Positions 42,527 to 51,879 of a DNA stretch of 64,000 nucleotides are shown in pieces. The stretch is taken from contig JBDHWW010000012.1 in assembly GCA_039810425.1 (NCBI GenBank), forward strand, positions 11,393 to 75,392, written 5' to 3'. The position numbers were made by a program, and so were the translations under genes. The notes under the pieces were generated by a model. That model was not told the DNA's origin, did not search any database, and saw only the letters and a list, made by a program, of their open reading frames with translations. This DNA comes from Pseudobdellovibrionaceae bacterium. GTDB lineage: Bacteria; Bdellovibrionota; Bdellovibrionia; Bdellovibrionales; Bdellovibrionaceae. How positions within the stretch are numbered: position 1 is the first letter of the stretch; every line of letters starts with the position of its first letter.

Positions 42527-43273
42527 ATGCCTGACCAATCGATCTTGCGTAAACTACAAAGTTTTGATTATTTTCAGAAGCTTTCAACGCTCGATCTTGC
42601 CGCCATTGCCTCTCATACCGATTTGATTCATGTCAACCACGGCCGGACTTTGTTTAAAGAGGGGGCGGCGATTGAGGCCGTCTATCTTATTTTGTATGGA
42701 TCTTTTAAAATTCAGCAAAAGGCCCGCAATGAAGATGCCGCGGTTTTCTATTTTTTGAGCCGTGGAGATTTTCTCGGAATCGCCATGGCCGGCCTCAGCC
42801 ATCCATTTTATCCGGCTTCGGCCATCGCCAATGAAGAGAGCGCGGTTCTTAGACTGCCGTTAAAATTTTATAACGACATTTTTTTGCAGCACCCTTCGCT
42901 GAGAGAGGTCATCAATCGGCAGATTTCAGATCGCTTTTTTGAGTTTCAAAATGACCGCTGCATGACCAAGGCGCTGACACCGCAAAAACTGGCGGATCTT
43001 CTGCTGCGCACGTTGGACCGGCAGCCGAAAGAGCACGGCCATCGCATCCATATTCCTCTCACCCGCTATGATATGGCTCGGAAAATCGGCTCACAAGCCG
43101 AGACGGTCATCCGCTTTATCAGCGAATGGACGAAGCGCGGCTGGATTCGCACGGAAAACAAACATATTGAAATTATCAACCGCGCCAAGCTCGAGGAGGT
43201 TCTCAATGAAAAATGTTCTCGCAGATCTTCGCGAACAACATCAATTTATTCTGCAGCGGCTCGAAGACCCTGA
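42527..43273 (+). CDS. Crp/Fnr family transcriptional regulator
   Basis: LFKEG, GDFLG, YPASA, PLTR.D.A..IGS.AETVIR HTH; GGAGG SD. Confidence 0.92.
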   Translation: MPDQSILRKLQSFDYFQKLSTLDLAAIASHTDLIHVNHGRTLFKEGAAIEAVYLILYGSFKIQQKARNEDAAVFYFLSRGDFLGIAMAGLSHPFYPASAIANEESAVLRLPLKFYNDIFLQHPSLREVINRQISDRFFEFQNDRCMTKALTPQKLADLLLRTLDRQPKEHGHRIHIPLTRYDMARKIGSQAETVIRFISEWTKRGWIRTENKHIEIINRAKLEEVLNEKCSRRSSRTTSIYSAAARRP

Positions 43274-43721
43274 TGGCTTGGTTGAGCTGATCCGGTTTGT
43301 TGAGGAGGTCCATCATCCTCTGGAAGAAACCGCTCTCTTCCCACTGATCAGCCAGGCCCCTTGGATCTGCCGTGGCGGTCCTCGTTGCACATTACACATG
43401 GGGATCCGGCTGGAACAAGATCCGCTAGGTAGAATTGAAAGGCATCTCTTGGACTATTCGCGAAAATCTGGCTGGGTGCCGACACCATTTACAAACCCAC
43501 CGTGGCTGACGCCGCAAAATCCCCTGAGCGTGCCGATGGAAGAGCACGCAGTCAGTCATCGCCTGTCGGAGGCTCTGAAAGAGCTTTGCAAAGATCGTGA
43601 GAAACCCCTCGCGCGCGAATTCTTTCCGATCCTTTATAGCGACTTCTGTGAGTTGATGAAAATGCACATCGACAAAGAGGATCACTGCCTCTTTGTCATG
43701 TGCGAAATGAATTTGAAATAG
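43206..43721 (+). CDS. hemerythrin (HHE) domain protein
   Basis: GAGGAGG SD; EQH, HHPLEE..LFP, MEEH, HIDKED..LF motifs. Confidence 0.85.
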   Translation: MKNVLADLREQHQFILQRLEDPDGLVELIRFVEEVHHPLEETALFPLISQAPWICRGGPRCTLHMGIRLEQDPLGRIERHLLDYSRKSGWVPTPFTNPPWLTPQNPLSVPMEEHAVSHRLSEALKELCKDREKPLAREFFPILYSDFCELMKMHIDKEDHCLFVMCEMNLK

Positions 43722-43728
43722 GCCGGTA

Positions 43729-43989
43729 CTAAGACCCGCAGAAGCCGCAACAGCCTTCTTTAGCTTTTTTGGTTAGGCGCAAACGCCAGGTTTTTGGGCC
43801 TTGCTCCAAATATTCAAAAGCGAACTGCTCCGGACGGACTTCCTGAAACTGCCTTAAAAGTGGAATGGGGTCGTGATTATTAACGATCACAAGACTGTCG
43901 CCACTTTCTAAATTATCAAAGCTTTGGAAAATAAAACTGTGCCGCTCCCGAGGTGGGATTGTTTGTGCTTCGATGACGAATTCTTTCAT
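43729..43989 (-). CDS. DUF2249 domain protein
   Basis: PPRERHS.IF..FD.L..G....NNHDPIPL..Q...YLEQGP..W; C-terminal CCGFCG. Confidence 0.88.
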   Translation of the reverse strand: MKEFVIEAQTIPPRERHSFIFQSFDNLESGDSLVIVNNHDPIPLLRQFQEVRPEQFAFEYLEQGPKTWRLRLTKKAKEGCCGFCGS

Positions 43990-44045
43990 TTGAGACTCCT
44001 ATGATACTTTTTAAAAAAGCATACAGGGCGCCCAATGCATCTTCC

Positions 44046-44059
44046 TTGATCAGAATCAA
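44046..44059. promoter_or_regulatory. FNR/DNR box upstream of DUF2249 gene
   Basis: perfect TTGAT-CAGA-ATCAA. Confidence 0.8.
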
Positions 44060-44116
44060 TTTCTTGAACTTTAGGCTCGAGGAGAGCCTTAGCCCTCCCC
44101 GATGCTCCGTAGAAAA

Positions 44117-44506
44117 CTAAGCCTTCTTATTCCAAGAAGCGCACCAACCGTTTCCAACAACCAATTTGCCGGCAAAAATAGTGCAAGTGCCGACTTCTTT
44201 ACCATTGCGATCTTCTTTTTTCGTGTAAAAGCCGCATGTGGAGCACTTATTCCCTTTGGCATCAGCCGCTTTTGTATGGTCCTCAGCGTATTTCACGGCC
44301 TTTGCCACGGAATCATTGGGATCAACCATTGGCATCGCACCGGCTGCCTGGCCGCCACTTTGTGCAGGACCCGCTTTGCGTCTTTTTTCTTCAGCCGCAG
44401 CTTTGGAACCGAAAACAGTATTCAAAACAGCCGGTGCCACCAAGGTGACTCCCGCAAGTGAAGCGGCCGCTTTGAAAAACTCACGACGATTTAAACTTTT
44501 AGTCAT
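44117..44506 (-). CDS. high-potential iron-sulfur protein (HiPIP), Tat-exported
   Basis: LNRREFFK Tat signal; CSTCGFY...CTIF...GWCASW four-Cys motif. Confidence 0.92.
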   Translation of the reverse strand: MTKSLNRREFFKAAASLAGVTLVAPAVLNTVFGSKAAAEEKRRKAGPAQSGGQAAGAMPMVDPNDSVAKAVKYAEDHTKAADAKGNKCSTCGFYTKKEDRNGKEVGTCTIFAGKLVVGNGWCASWNKKA

Positions 44507-44604
44507 TCTATAGCCTCCATTTAGTCTTTTCCCCTATCCTAGGACTTTTCATTTGGTTTTCAATTATAAATTGCACAAAACCTAACCGCGCTGCGCGCCA
44601 ACAG

Positions 44605-44637
44605 AAATAAAAAAAGCCCCGCAGGGCCTTTTTATTT
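44605..44637 (-). terminator. intrinsic terminator downstream of LysM transglycosylase gene
   Basis: minus strand AAAAAGGCCC-TGC-GGGGCTTTTTTT. Confidence 0.7.
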
Positions 44638-44663
44638 CTATATGCCACTTTTCATATGTGCAC

Positions 44664-46289
44664 TTATTCAGCAGCAACCGCCTGAGGGATAAAAATCTTT
44701 GCCCCCACGTACAACTTTGAAGGGTTCAACTTTTTATTCGAATTCTGGATTGAAGCCAACGACACTTTGTATTTGCCTGCGATACTGGCGAGGTTATCGC
44801 CTTTTCTAACAACGTGGTACTTGCTCTTCAAAGCCACGCGGTTTTTCGCAGTCGCCGGCATACGTTTGGCACCATCGTTTAAAGAGTTCTCGGTGTTGCC
44901 CGGAATCGACAAACGGATACCGACTTTCAACATACGGCCACGGCGGATGTTATTCGCGCGCTTCAACTGATTAATGCTGACGGAGTACTTCTTCGCAATG
45001 GAAGACAATGTATCACCAGACTGAACCGTATAGAAACGACTATTGCCCACGACCACGTTCTCCGGTGTCACAGAGGACGATGGCTTAGCCTCTGTCTTTT
45101 TTCTCGCAACAACACTGCGCTTAGGAGCCACCGGAGTCCGGTCAGGGACATAGAGCTTCATGCCGATTTTCAAGCGCTTGCCCTTTGGAATGTCATTGAG
45201 GTCACGAAGATACGCCACGGTCGTCCGGTACTTACGAGCGACCGTGTGGAGAGTATCACCTCGGCGAATACGGTAAACTTCCGTGTCGCCTGCATCGGCA
45301 ATAAATTCCGCTTTTTCCACGATACTCTCGTTCGCGGCCACCGTGGCTTGTTCCAACATTCCTGGCGGAATACGAAGCTCTAACTTATTGTCCGCCGCCA
45401 AAGGAGCGATCTCGCCCTTGAACTTTGGATTCAAATCTTTGAAATCTTCGTAGTTGATCCCCATTTTTTCGGCCATCACACGAAGGTTCACTGGCTTATC
45501 CAACTTCGCATGGTCGAATTCGATGGGAGTCATGTAGTCGATTTCGCCGAAGCCATACTTATTAGGGTCTTTGGCAATCAACTTCGCGGCGATGAATTTG
45601 GGAATATAGTGAATCGTTTCTTTTGGGAAACGCTTTTTCTTTGCAAGCTCCCAGAAGTCACGCGTGTAGTGATTCATCACTTCACGTTTTACACGGTTTT
45701 CACCCACGTTGTACGAAGCCATGGCCAAGTACCAAGAGCCGAAAACGCTGTAGAGACCTTTAAAGTACTCCGCCGCTGCTTGAGTGGCCAAAACCGGGTC
45801 TTTACGTTCGTCCAACATCGTATTGATTTGCAAACCATAGCGTTTTCCAGTTCCGCGGATGAACTGCCAATAACCAACGGCTGCCGCGTGCGACCGCGCC
45901 TGGGTATTGAAACCAGATTCGATCAAGGCAATGTAGAAAAGATCTTCAGGCAGACCATTGTCTTTCAAAACTTTTTTCATGAGCTTTTCATAACGAGTAG
46001 AACGAGCCAAATAGCGTTCCATATGGCGGCGGCCACGGCCTTGGAAATATGAAATCCATTGTTCAACCAATGGGTTTACTTCCGTAGGAATTGATTCCAA
46101 CTCTTGGTCGACAACTTGAGGCCCTTCAGCATCTTTCACGCGGAAAGAATCGAGGTCTTTCAACGGTGTGGCATCGCCGTCTTTTGTCGTCGCAGCTGTT
46201 GACCCGTTGGTCGCATCTGGCGCGGTCGGATTGTGAGCACAAGCGCTCAAGAACGCCAGGACCAAGGTCAGGGTAATATACTTCCGCAT
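44664..46289 (-). CDS. mltD: membrane-bound lytic murein transglycosylase D-like lipoprotein (SLT + 3 LysM)
   Basis: lipobox LSAC; IESG, AVGYWQF, SYNVGE; three GD(T/N)L..(I/V)A LysM repeats. Confidence 0.88.
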   Translation of the reverse strand: MRKYITLTLVLAFLSACAHNPTAPDATNGSTAATTKDGDATPLKDLDSFRVKDAEGPQVVDQELESIPTEVNPLVEQWISYFQGRGRRHMERYLARSTRYEKLMKKVLKDNGLPEDLFYIALIESGFNTQARSHAAAVGYWQFIRGTGKRYGLQINTMLDERKDPVLATQAAAEYFKGLYSVFGSWYLAMASYNVGENRVKREVMNHYTRDFWELAKKKRFPKETIHYIPKFIAAKLIAKDPNKYGFGEIDYMTPIEFDHAKLDKPVNLRVMAEKMGINYEDFKDLNPKFKGEIAPLAADNKLELRIPPGMLEQATVAANESIVEKAEFIADAGDTEVYRIRRGDTLHTVARKYRTTVAYLRDLNDIPKGKRLKIGMKLYVPDRTPVAPKRSVVARKKTEAKPSSSVTPENVVVGNSRFYTVQSGDTLSSIAKKYSVSINQLKRANNIRRGRMLKVGIRLSIPGNTENSLNDGAKRMPATAKNRVALKSKYHVVRKGDNLASIAGKYKVSLASIQNSNKKLNPSKLYVGAKIFIPQAVAAE

Positions 46290-46345
46290 GAATCCTCCAA
46301 GTAATTTCCAGGCTACAAAAAGGACTCGGGATTATCAATAAAACA

Positions 46346-48610
46346 TCACTTGATAATTGCTTTTTTGCTATGCAAGTCCTGCCAAAGGACCAGATTCCAA
46401 TCAACTTTCATGGAATCCAACAATTTATACAGCAACGTGTTTCGCAGAATGGCTTTGATATAAAAGCTTGTTTCGCTCCACGGAAGCTCGTCAAACCAGA
46501 TTTCGTCCATCGGATTTGAAGAGGGTGTTGTCATTAGATCCTTCACTTCATCGCGCGCTTCCGCGAATATTTTCATCTTCGTAGGTCCCGCGTTGTAGGC
46601 TCCCAGCGCGAAGGGCACGCTACCACCGAATTGATCCAGCATCATCGAAATGTAGGTCGTGCCGAGAGGAATATTGATCTCCGGGCGGAACACATCTTCA
46701 GGAATATCGATTTTTTTAATCCCCATCCGGCGCGCCACTTCTTGCGCTGTCGGTGGAATCAACTGCATGAGACCTTGCGCGTTGGACGTCGATTGCGCGC
46801 GGATCCCAAAAGCGCTCTCTTGACGAATGAGGCTGCGTACCAAAATCGGATTTAAGCTATATTTCTTAGCTTCAGCATCAATCCATGGCCCGAAGGCCTT
46901 CGGATAAATGAATGATAAGGCCTCAGGACTGCGCAGAGAGTTTTCCAAGTCCATGGCGTCACTCATCCAGCGAATCGCTGCCGGAAACTGATTGCTTCGC
47001 GACATGAATTTTGCGTAGTGATACTCAATCCATGGATTTTTTACGACGGGTAAAAGCTGGATTTCTGCCTGCGCCTCCAGCAGCCAGCCGGCCTTCGTGA
47101 GCCCCTTAAAACGGCTCCAGGCATTTTTCTGTTCTCCTGAAATCCACATCTCGTCCATGTTCGCAGGGATCGTGGTGCCCGCGTTGGGCCACACGTACTC
47201 ACCTTTGTTTCCTTCCGCGGTCAAACGGAGGCCGTAGTAGGAAAATGGATACCGCGCCACCAAAGCTTTTGCTTCGGTTGCCGCACGTTCCTTTTCTTTA
47301 TCAATACTTTCTAAGCTGCGAACGAGCCAGTAACGGGCTTGCAAATCATAGCGGTCTTTTTTCTGGGCCAACAGTTTTTCAAATTGGGATTTCGCCGTGC
47401 TGAAATTTTTCAAACGAAGACTGATAAGCCCTGAACGCAGCATGGCCTCCGCCGATTCATCCGTGCCGGCATGAAATTCAATCAACTTTGAAAAATGCAT
47501 TTGTGCCCGTTCATACTGCCCGACCATGTGGGCGGAACGGCCCGCGATCCAGTACAACACGGTCGCCTGCTGGCTGTGATGAAGGTCTTTCAATGCACTT
47601 TCGGCAAAGATCAGGGCTTGGTCATAGTCCGCGCGCCGATGCAGGGTTTGCGCCCACTCCGCACGCCGAAGTGGATCGATTTTTTCAAGCTCGGCAAAAC
47701 CCTTTTCATCTTTTTCATCACTCGGACTGCCTTCAAAAACCTGCTGATAGATTTCAAACGGCTTATCACGCAGGCCTCGAGCCACTTTACTGCCCGCATA
47801 CTCCGTTTGAATTATAACGGACGTTTTTAACGCCCCCATCAAGTCGCCGGCTTTAAGGCTTTTACTCATTTTCTCTTCGAGCGCCGCCTCAGCGCCTTCA
47901 TTTTCGAGCACGCCCTCGATTTGCGGTGACGTTGTATTGAATTTCAAAGACAGCGCGTTTTTCACCGCTTCAAAGCGATCGCGCGTCGGCTTACTTTCAC
48001 GAAGCTGCAAGCTTTGCTCATAGTAAAACAGAGCCTTGCGGTTGTCTTTTTTCTTTTCAGCAAACTCCCCAGCGTAGAAAAGCAAAGCCGCACGCGCCTC
48101 TTTGGGGATTTGCTCGGTGTAGTCTAAAAGCTCATTCACGCGCGCCGGTGTGCGGTTGACTTCTAGCAAAGTCATTGAGGCCGCAATATAGTCCTGCCAC
48201 AAAGCCACACGCCAGGGGCCGCTCCTCACGAGCTCTTTGTGTTTGTGAACCCACTCTACGGGCTTCGCGAGTGATTTCTTATCTTTCGCGCCCTCGCTGT
48301 TCTTGATTTCACAGCGGATCCAACTGCTCGCGATCCAGCCTTGGAGATCTTTATCGCCACTGATGACTTTCGTCCCCAAAGCGCCACATTCTTTCCAGCG
48401 TTTTTTGATTTCAAAAAATTTCATGCGTGAAAGAACAGGCAAACTGGATTCTTTCACCTTGGGGTCCACGTCATACAGATTCATCGCCGAGAGCTTCGAC
48501 AGCTCTTTTGTTAAATTCACTTTCTGCGCTTCTCGACCGGTCGCAAGGACCATTTGGGACCAAAAGACGACACCCACTACCAAACTAAATTTTAATTCAC
48601 AAAAAGCCAT
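46346..48610 (-). CDS. slt: soluble lytic murein transglycosylase (Slt70-like, TPR repeats)
   Basis: IRQESAF, GLMQLIPPTA, AYNAGP, ETSFYI; TPR-like helical N-terminal region. Confidence 0.85.
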   Translation of the reverse strand: MAFCELKFSLVVGVVFWSQMVLATGREAQKVNLTKELSKLSAMNLYDVDPKVKESSLPVLSRMKFFEIKKRWKECGALGTKVISGDKDLQGWIASSWIRCEIKNSEGAKDKKSLAKPVEWVHKHKELVRSGPWRVALWQDYIAASMTLLEVNRTPARVNELLDYTEQIPKEARAALLFYAGEFAEKKKDNRKALFYYEQSLQLRESKPTRDRFEAVKNALSLKFNTTSPQIEGVLENEGAEAALEEKMSKSLKAGDLMGALKTSVIIQTEYAGSKVARGLRDKPFEIYQQVFEGSPSDEKDEKGFAELEKIDPLRRAEWAQTLHRRADYDQALIFAESALKDLHHSQQATVLYWIAGRSAHMVGQYERAQMHFSKLIEFHAGTDESAEAMLRSGLISLRLKNFSTAKSQFEKLLAQKKDRYDLQARYWLVRSLESIDKEKERAATEAKALVARYPFSYYGLRLTAEGNKGEYVWPNAGTTIPANMDEMWISGEQKNAWSRFKGLTKAGWLLEAQAEIQLLPVVKNPWIEYHYAKFMSRSNQFPAAIRWMSDAMDLENSLRSPEALSFIYPKAFGPWIDAEAKKYSLNPILVRSLIRQESAFGIRAQSTSNAQGLMQLIPPTAQEVARRMGIKKIDIPEDVFRPEINIPLGTTYISMMLDQFGGSVPFALGAYNAGPTKMKIFAEARDEVKDLMTTPSSNPMDEIWFDELPWSETSFYIKAILRNTLLYKLLDSMKVDWNLVLWQDLHSKKAIIK

Positions 48611-48616
48611 ACCCGC

Positions 48617-50299
48617 CTACTTCTGTTCAAAAGTGTACAGTTCATGATCCAAAGCTTCGCCCACTTTTAACAGATTATCAGGCGGAAAAGGCAGCTTTTC
48701 TCGACGCTTTTCCAGGGGCCCGCTGTAAACCCACTTCACCTGGTCTTTCGGCAGGCTGTCAACGGCTTCCGATTCTCCGTCATAAACGCGGTTCACCAAG
48801 GATTCTCGCGCCGTATAGTTGTAACCGTGCGACCAAACGTGCCCCGGGTAACCCAGGAATAATTTGTGTCCCAGAAGCATCACAGGATGATCGTAGGCCG
48901 GCGTTATCATCACCGCTTCATTTACATCGCGGTCCTTCAAAAGGACACCGGCCTTGTTGACCTCGCGCTCTGATCCCCATTGAATGCCGCGAGAATAAAT
49001 CGGTAGCGAGCGCATGAACACGATGAAGCCCGGAATTAAGCAGAAACAAACCAGCGCTTTAAACCAGCGCTGGCGTTCGTACCACAGAAAGTCCGTGAGT
49101 CCCATAAGCGCAAAAATATAACACCACACCAGAAGCTTGATGTTGTCCCAGTTCCACGGCGCCAGAATCAGATGCGAAAAAAGCATGAATAACACAAAAG
49201 ACATCGCCGTCGGCACAAAAAGATTCCATTTCTTTTGACGCGCAAAAGCCACCAGTGCCGCGACCACCGCCACGATCCAGAAACCTAAGTTAAGGCTCCA
49301 GTAGGTGAAATAGTTCACTTCTGCCGGGCGGTTCCAACCGCGCCAGTTCCAGTGGATCAGGGAGTTCATGCCAACCTCTGGAATCAGGGCGTTCATCACA
49401 AACGGCAGGCCCAAAAGGCCGGCAATCACGGCCGGCAAAATCCAGACACGCAACGCACGCCGCGATAAGATCCAAAGGCCTAAGAACAAACTGACAAAGA
49501 AGAAAGTGTGCAGATGGAAAAAGCCAAGAGCCCCCCAGATAATACCGATGATGATTTTCTCGGCTAACGACGGCGCCCATTCTCCGGCAAACGACTTTTG
49601 AGCCGCGCGATAAAGTAAAACGCCCGCAGGCATTGCATACAAAAACCCACGCTGGGTCAGAAGGATCGTCAAAAAGATATTCTTAAAATCCAGCGGCTGT
49701 TGCAGCTGAAAATAGTCCGTGCTGGGGATTCCGCCGATAAAGTTGAAGTAGCCGCAGCTAAAGAACACGGCAAAAACCACCAACGGACCACCCGCGCCGT
49801 GCAAAGTAAAAAACACCACAAGCAGCGCCAGCAAAGTCACCAGCGGCAAGTGTCTCATGATATCAAAGCCGAGATTTTCCAAGAACGAATTAAAGAAATC
49901 CATTCCAAACGGATAGCGGAAGCGATAGCCGCCATAAATCGGATTCTCTGGCCAAAAGTGCAAGCCTTTAGCGATCGAACGGATCGCGCTCCAGTGGAAT
50001 GACATATCACCGAGATTAAAATTATTCTGAATCCAATAGTTGCCGTCTTTAAAATACACGAGAAAAATGGAGTGGAAATAAATCCCAACAATAATCAGCG
50101 CATAAAGAAAAAATACCGGCAGACTGACCGGCGGAACCCGCAAACGCAGTTTCCAGCGTCGCGAAAGGCAAAGCGCGATGGCCGCGCCGCCCACAAGACT
50201 CACAGCACTCACGGCCGGCACTAGGTGACCAACAAGCAAAGCCCCCAAACCGCCGATAAATGCACTCAGAGATAGAAATAGCAACGAGAAGACTATCAT
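48617..50299 (-). CDS. polytopic membrane protein, GT-C-like glycosyltransferase candidate
   Basis: about 13 TM segments; LGDMSFH, WPENPIY..YPF, NWDNIK, GYPGHVWSHG loop motifs; overlaps upstream gene. Confidence 0.55.
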   Translation of the reverse strand: MIVFSLLFLSLSAFIGGLGALLVGHLVPAVSAVSLVGGAAIALCLSRRWKLRLRVPPVSLPVFFLYALIIVGIYFHSIFLVYFKDGNYWIQNNFNLGDMSFHWSAIRSIAKGLHFWPENPIYGGYRFRYPFGMDFFNSFLENLGFDIMRHLPLVTLLALLVVFFTLHGAGGPLVVFAVFFSCGYFNFIGGIPSTDYFQLQQPLDFKNIFLTILLTQRGFLYAMPAGVLLYRAAQKSFAGEWAPSLAEKIIIGIIWGALGFFHLHTFFFVSLFLGLWILSRRALRVWILPAVIAGLLGLPFVMNALIPEVGMNSLIHWNWRGWNRPAEVNYFTYWSLNLGFWIVAVVAALVAFARQKKWNLFVPTAMSFVLFMLFSHLILAPWNWDNIKLLVWCYIFALMGLTDFLWYERQRWFKALVCFCLIPGFIVFMRSLPIYSRGIQWGSEREVNKAGVLLKDRDVNEAVMITPAYDHPVMLLGHKLFLGYPGHVWSHGYNYTARESLVNRVYDGESEAVDSLPKDQVKWVYSGPLEKRREKLPFPPDNLLKVGEALDHELYTFEQK

Positions 50300-51837
50300 A
50301 GAGGAGCTCCCAGGTCCTTGAGCTCCCACGAGAATCGGTTTTGGAATAAATCACGTTTCACATAAACATAAATCGGCGCATGGCTTTGGCGTACGTCCAA
50401 TGTGAACACCCCATACTCGCCGGCTTTACCGGTTTCTTTGAGTTTATCTTCGACGATCTTTTGGTCTTTTGTTTCCACCATGTAGATCAACGCGCCGTCT
50501 TCAATTTTCTGACCCGCTTTGAAGTAGCTCAGATTATAAAACTTCGCAAACACGATTGGAACCGGCCAGGACTCCTCGGTGCCAACCTGCACGGTCTGTT
50601 CACGCAAGAGCGGTTGCTCCCGCACCAATTCCTGTGTTCTCGCGATGAACTCTTTCATCTGATACGTCGAATTGACGTAGACATATGGATGGGTCATATC
50701 AATCGGATTATTATAGACGATCTGATACTGAATCTTTGCTTCCCATGCACACATCCCGAAAACGACGATGCCGACCAGCGCGCGCCGCCCACCCGACCAA
50801 CATGCCGTGAGGTCCTCAATCACCAGACCGCTGACAATCGCAAATGGCCAAATGATTGAGATAATGCACCAAGGGGTTTTGTAGGGAATCGCCGAGTAGA
50901 TTAGCCACAAGAAAAACGTCATGACCAGATAAAAGCGGATCCATTTATTTTTAAAAACAAAGGGAATGGCCACTATGAAACCCACCAGGACCGCGAACTC
51001 GTTCACCCCCATCAGCTTTGTCCAATGCAGGAATTCTTTTTCGTGACCGCTGCCGCCGACACCGGTTTTTAACCAGGGCATCAACGCGACAAAGAAATCA
51101 CGCAAACCTTTTGGATTGCCACCGAAGCCCGAATAGACGCCGATAAACAGCAGCAACATCGCAAACAGTGGTATATATACTTCACGTTTTTTGAAATTCA
51201 ATTTTAAATCCGCCCACCACACCGAGTACTTCAGCGCCTTGCGCTCCGTGACCATCACCACCAGCAATGCCGGCAGCAGCGCCAGAAATAAAACGATGAA
51301 AGTTTCTTTTAAGGCCATCATGCCAAAAAGGCTTCCACCGAAAGTCCACCAGAATTTTCTAAAATCCTTTCCCACCAGGTAGTGAAACGACATAAAACCC
51401 AAGACTTGGAAAAACACAAAAGAAGACTCGTGAATCCCCGAGCGTCCGTAAAAAGACATCGCAGGGCTCGCGAGCAACAGCAAACTGGCCCAGCGGAAAG
51501 CCACGCGGTGTTTCAGCGGCCCCATCCACAGCATAAAAATCGTCAAAAAAGAAAATATCGAAGCGACAATACGCGTGCTGAGGAAATCAAAACCGGTAAA
51601 AAATTGCACAAAGTGAACCATGTAAAACATCAACGGACCGTGATAGTTGGTTGGATCGTAAGTGAAATACCCGTCCTGCCAAATTCTTTGCACGAACCAC
51701 ATGTTGATGCTCTCGTCGAAATGAATGGGCTTGTTATCCAGAAGAGCAAAACGCAAGATCGCCGCAAACAGCAAAAAGATGATACTAAAAATGCACGTCC
51801 GTGGTTTTTCTTTGAATTTTGCCATAATGTTTGTCAT
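50296..51837 (-). CDS. PMT/ArnT-like (TIGR03663-type) GT-C membrane glycosyltransferase
   Basis: LRF..L..KPIHFDE, YDP..YHGP, KE, YS.IPYKTPW motifs. Confidence 0.75.
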   Translation of the reverse strand: MTNIMAKFKEKPRTCIFSIIFLLFAAILRFALLDNKPIHFDESINMWFVQRIWQDGYFTYDPTNYHGPLMFYMVHFVQFFTGFDFLSTRIVASIFSFLTIFMLWMGPLKHRVAFRWASLLLLASPAMSFYGRSGIHESSFVFFQVLGFMSFHYLVGKDFRKFWWTFGGSLFGMMALKETFIVLFLALLPALLVVMVTERKALKYSVWWADLKLNFKKREVYIPLFAMLLLFIGVYSGFGGNPKGLRDFFVALMPWLKTGVGGSGHEKEFLHWTKLMGVNEFAVLVGFIVAIPFVFKNKWIRFYLVMTFFLWLIYSAIPYKTPWCIISIIWPFAIVSGLVIEDLTACWSGGRRALVGIVVFGMCAWEAKIQYQIVYNNPIDMTHPYVYVNSTYQMKEFIARTQELVREQPLLREQTVQVGTEESWPVPIVFAKFYNLSYFKAGQKIEDGALIYMVETKDQKIVEDKLKETGKAGEYGVFTLDVRQSHAPIYVYVKRDLFQNRFSWELKDLGAPL

Positions 51838-51879
51838 GAAATTATTCTAAGTTTTGCCAGTTAGAAGGAAAAGTGAAAA

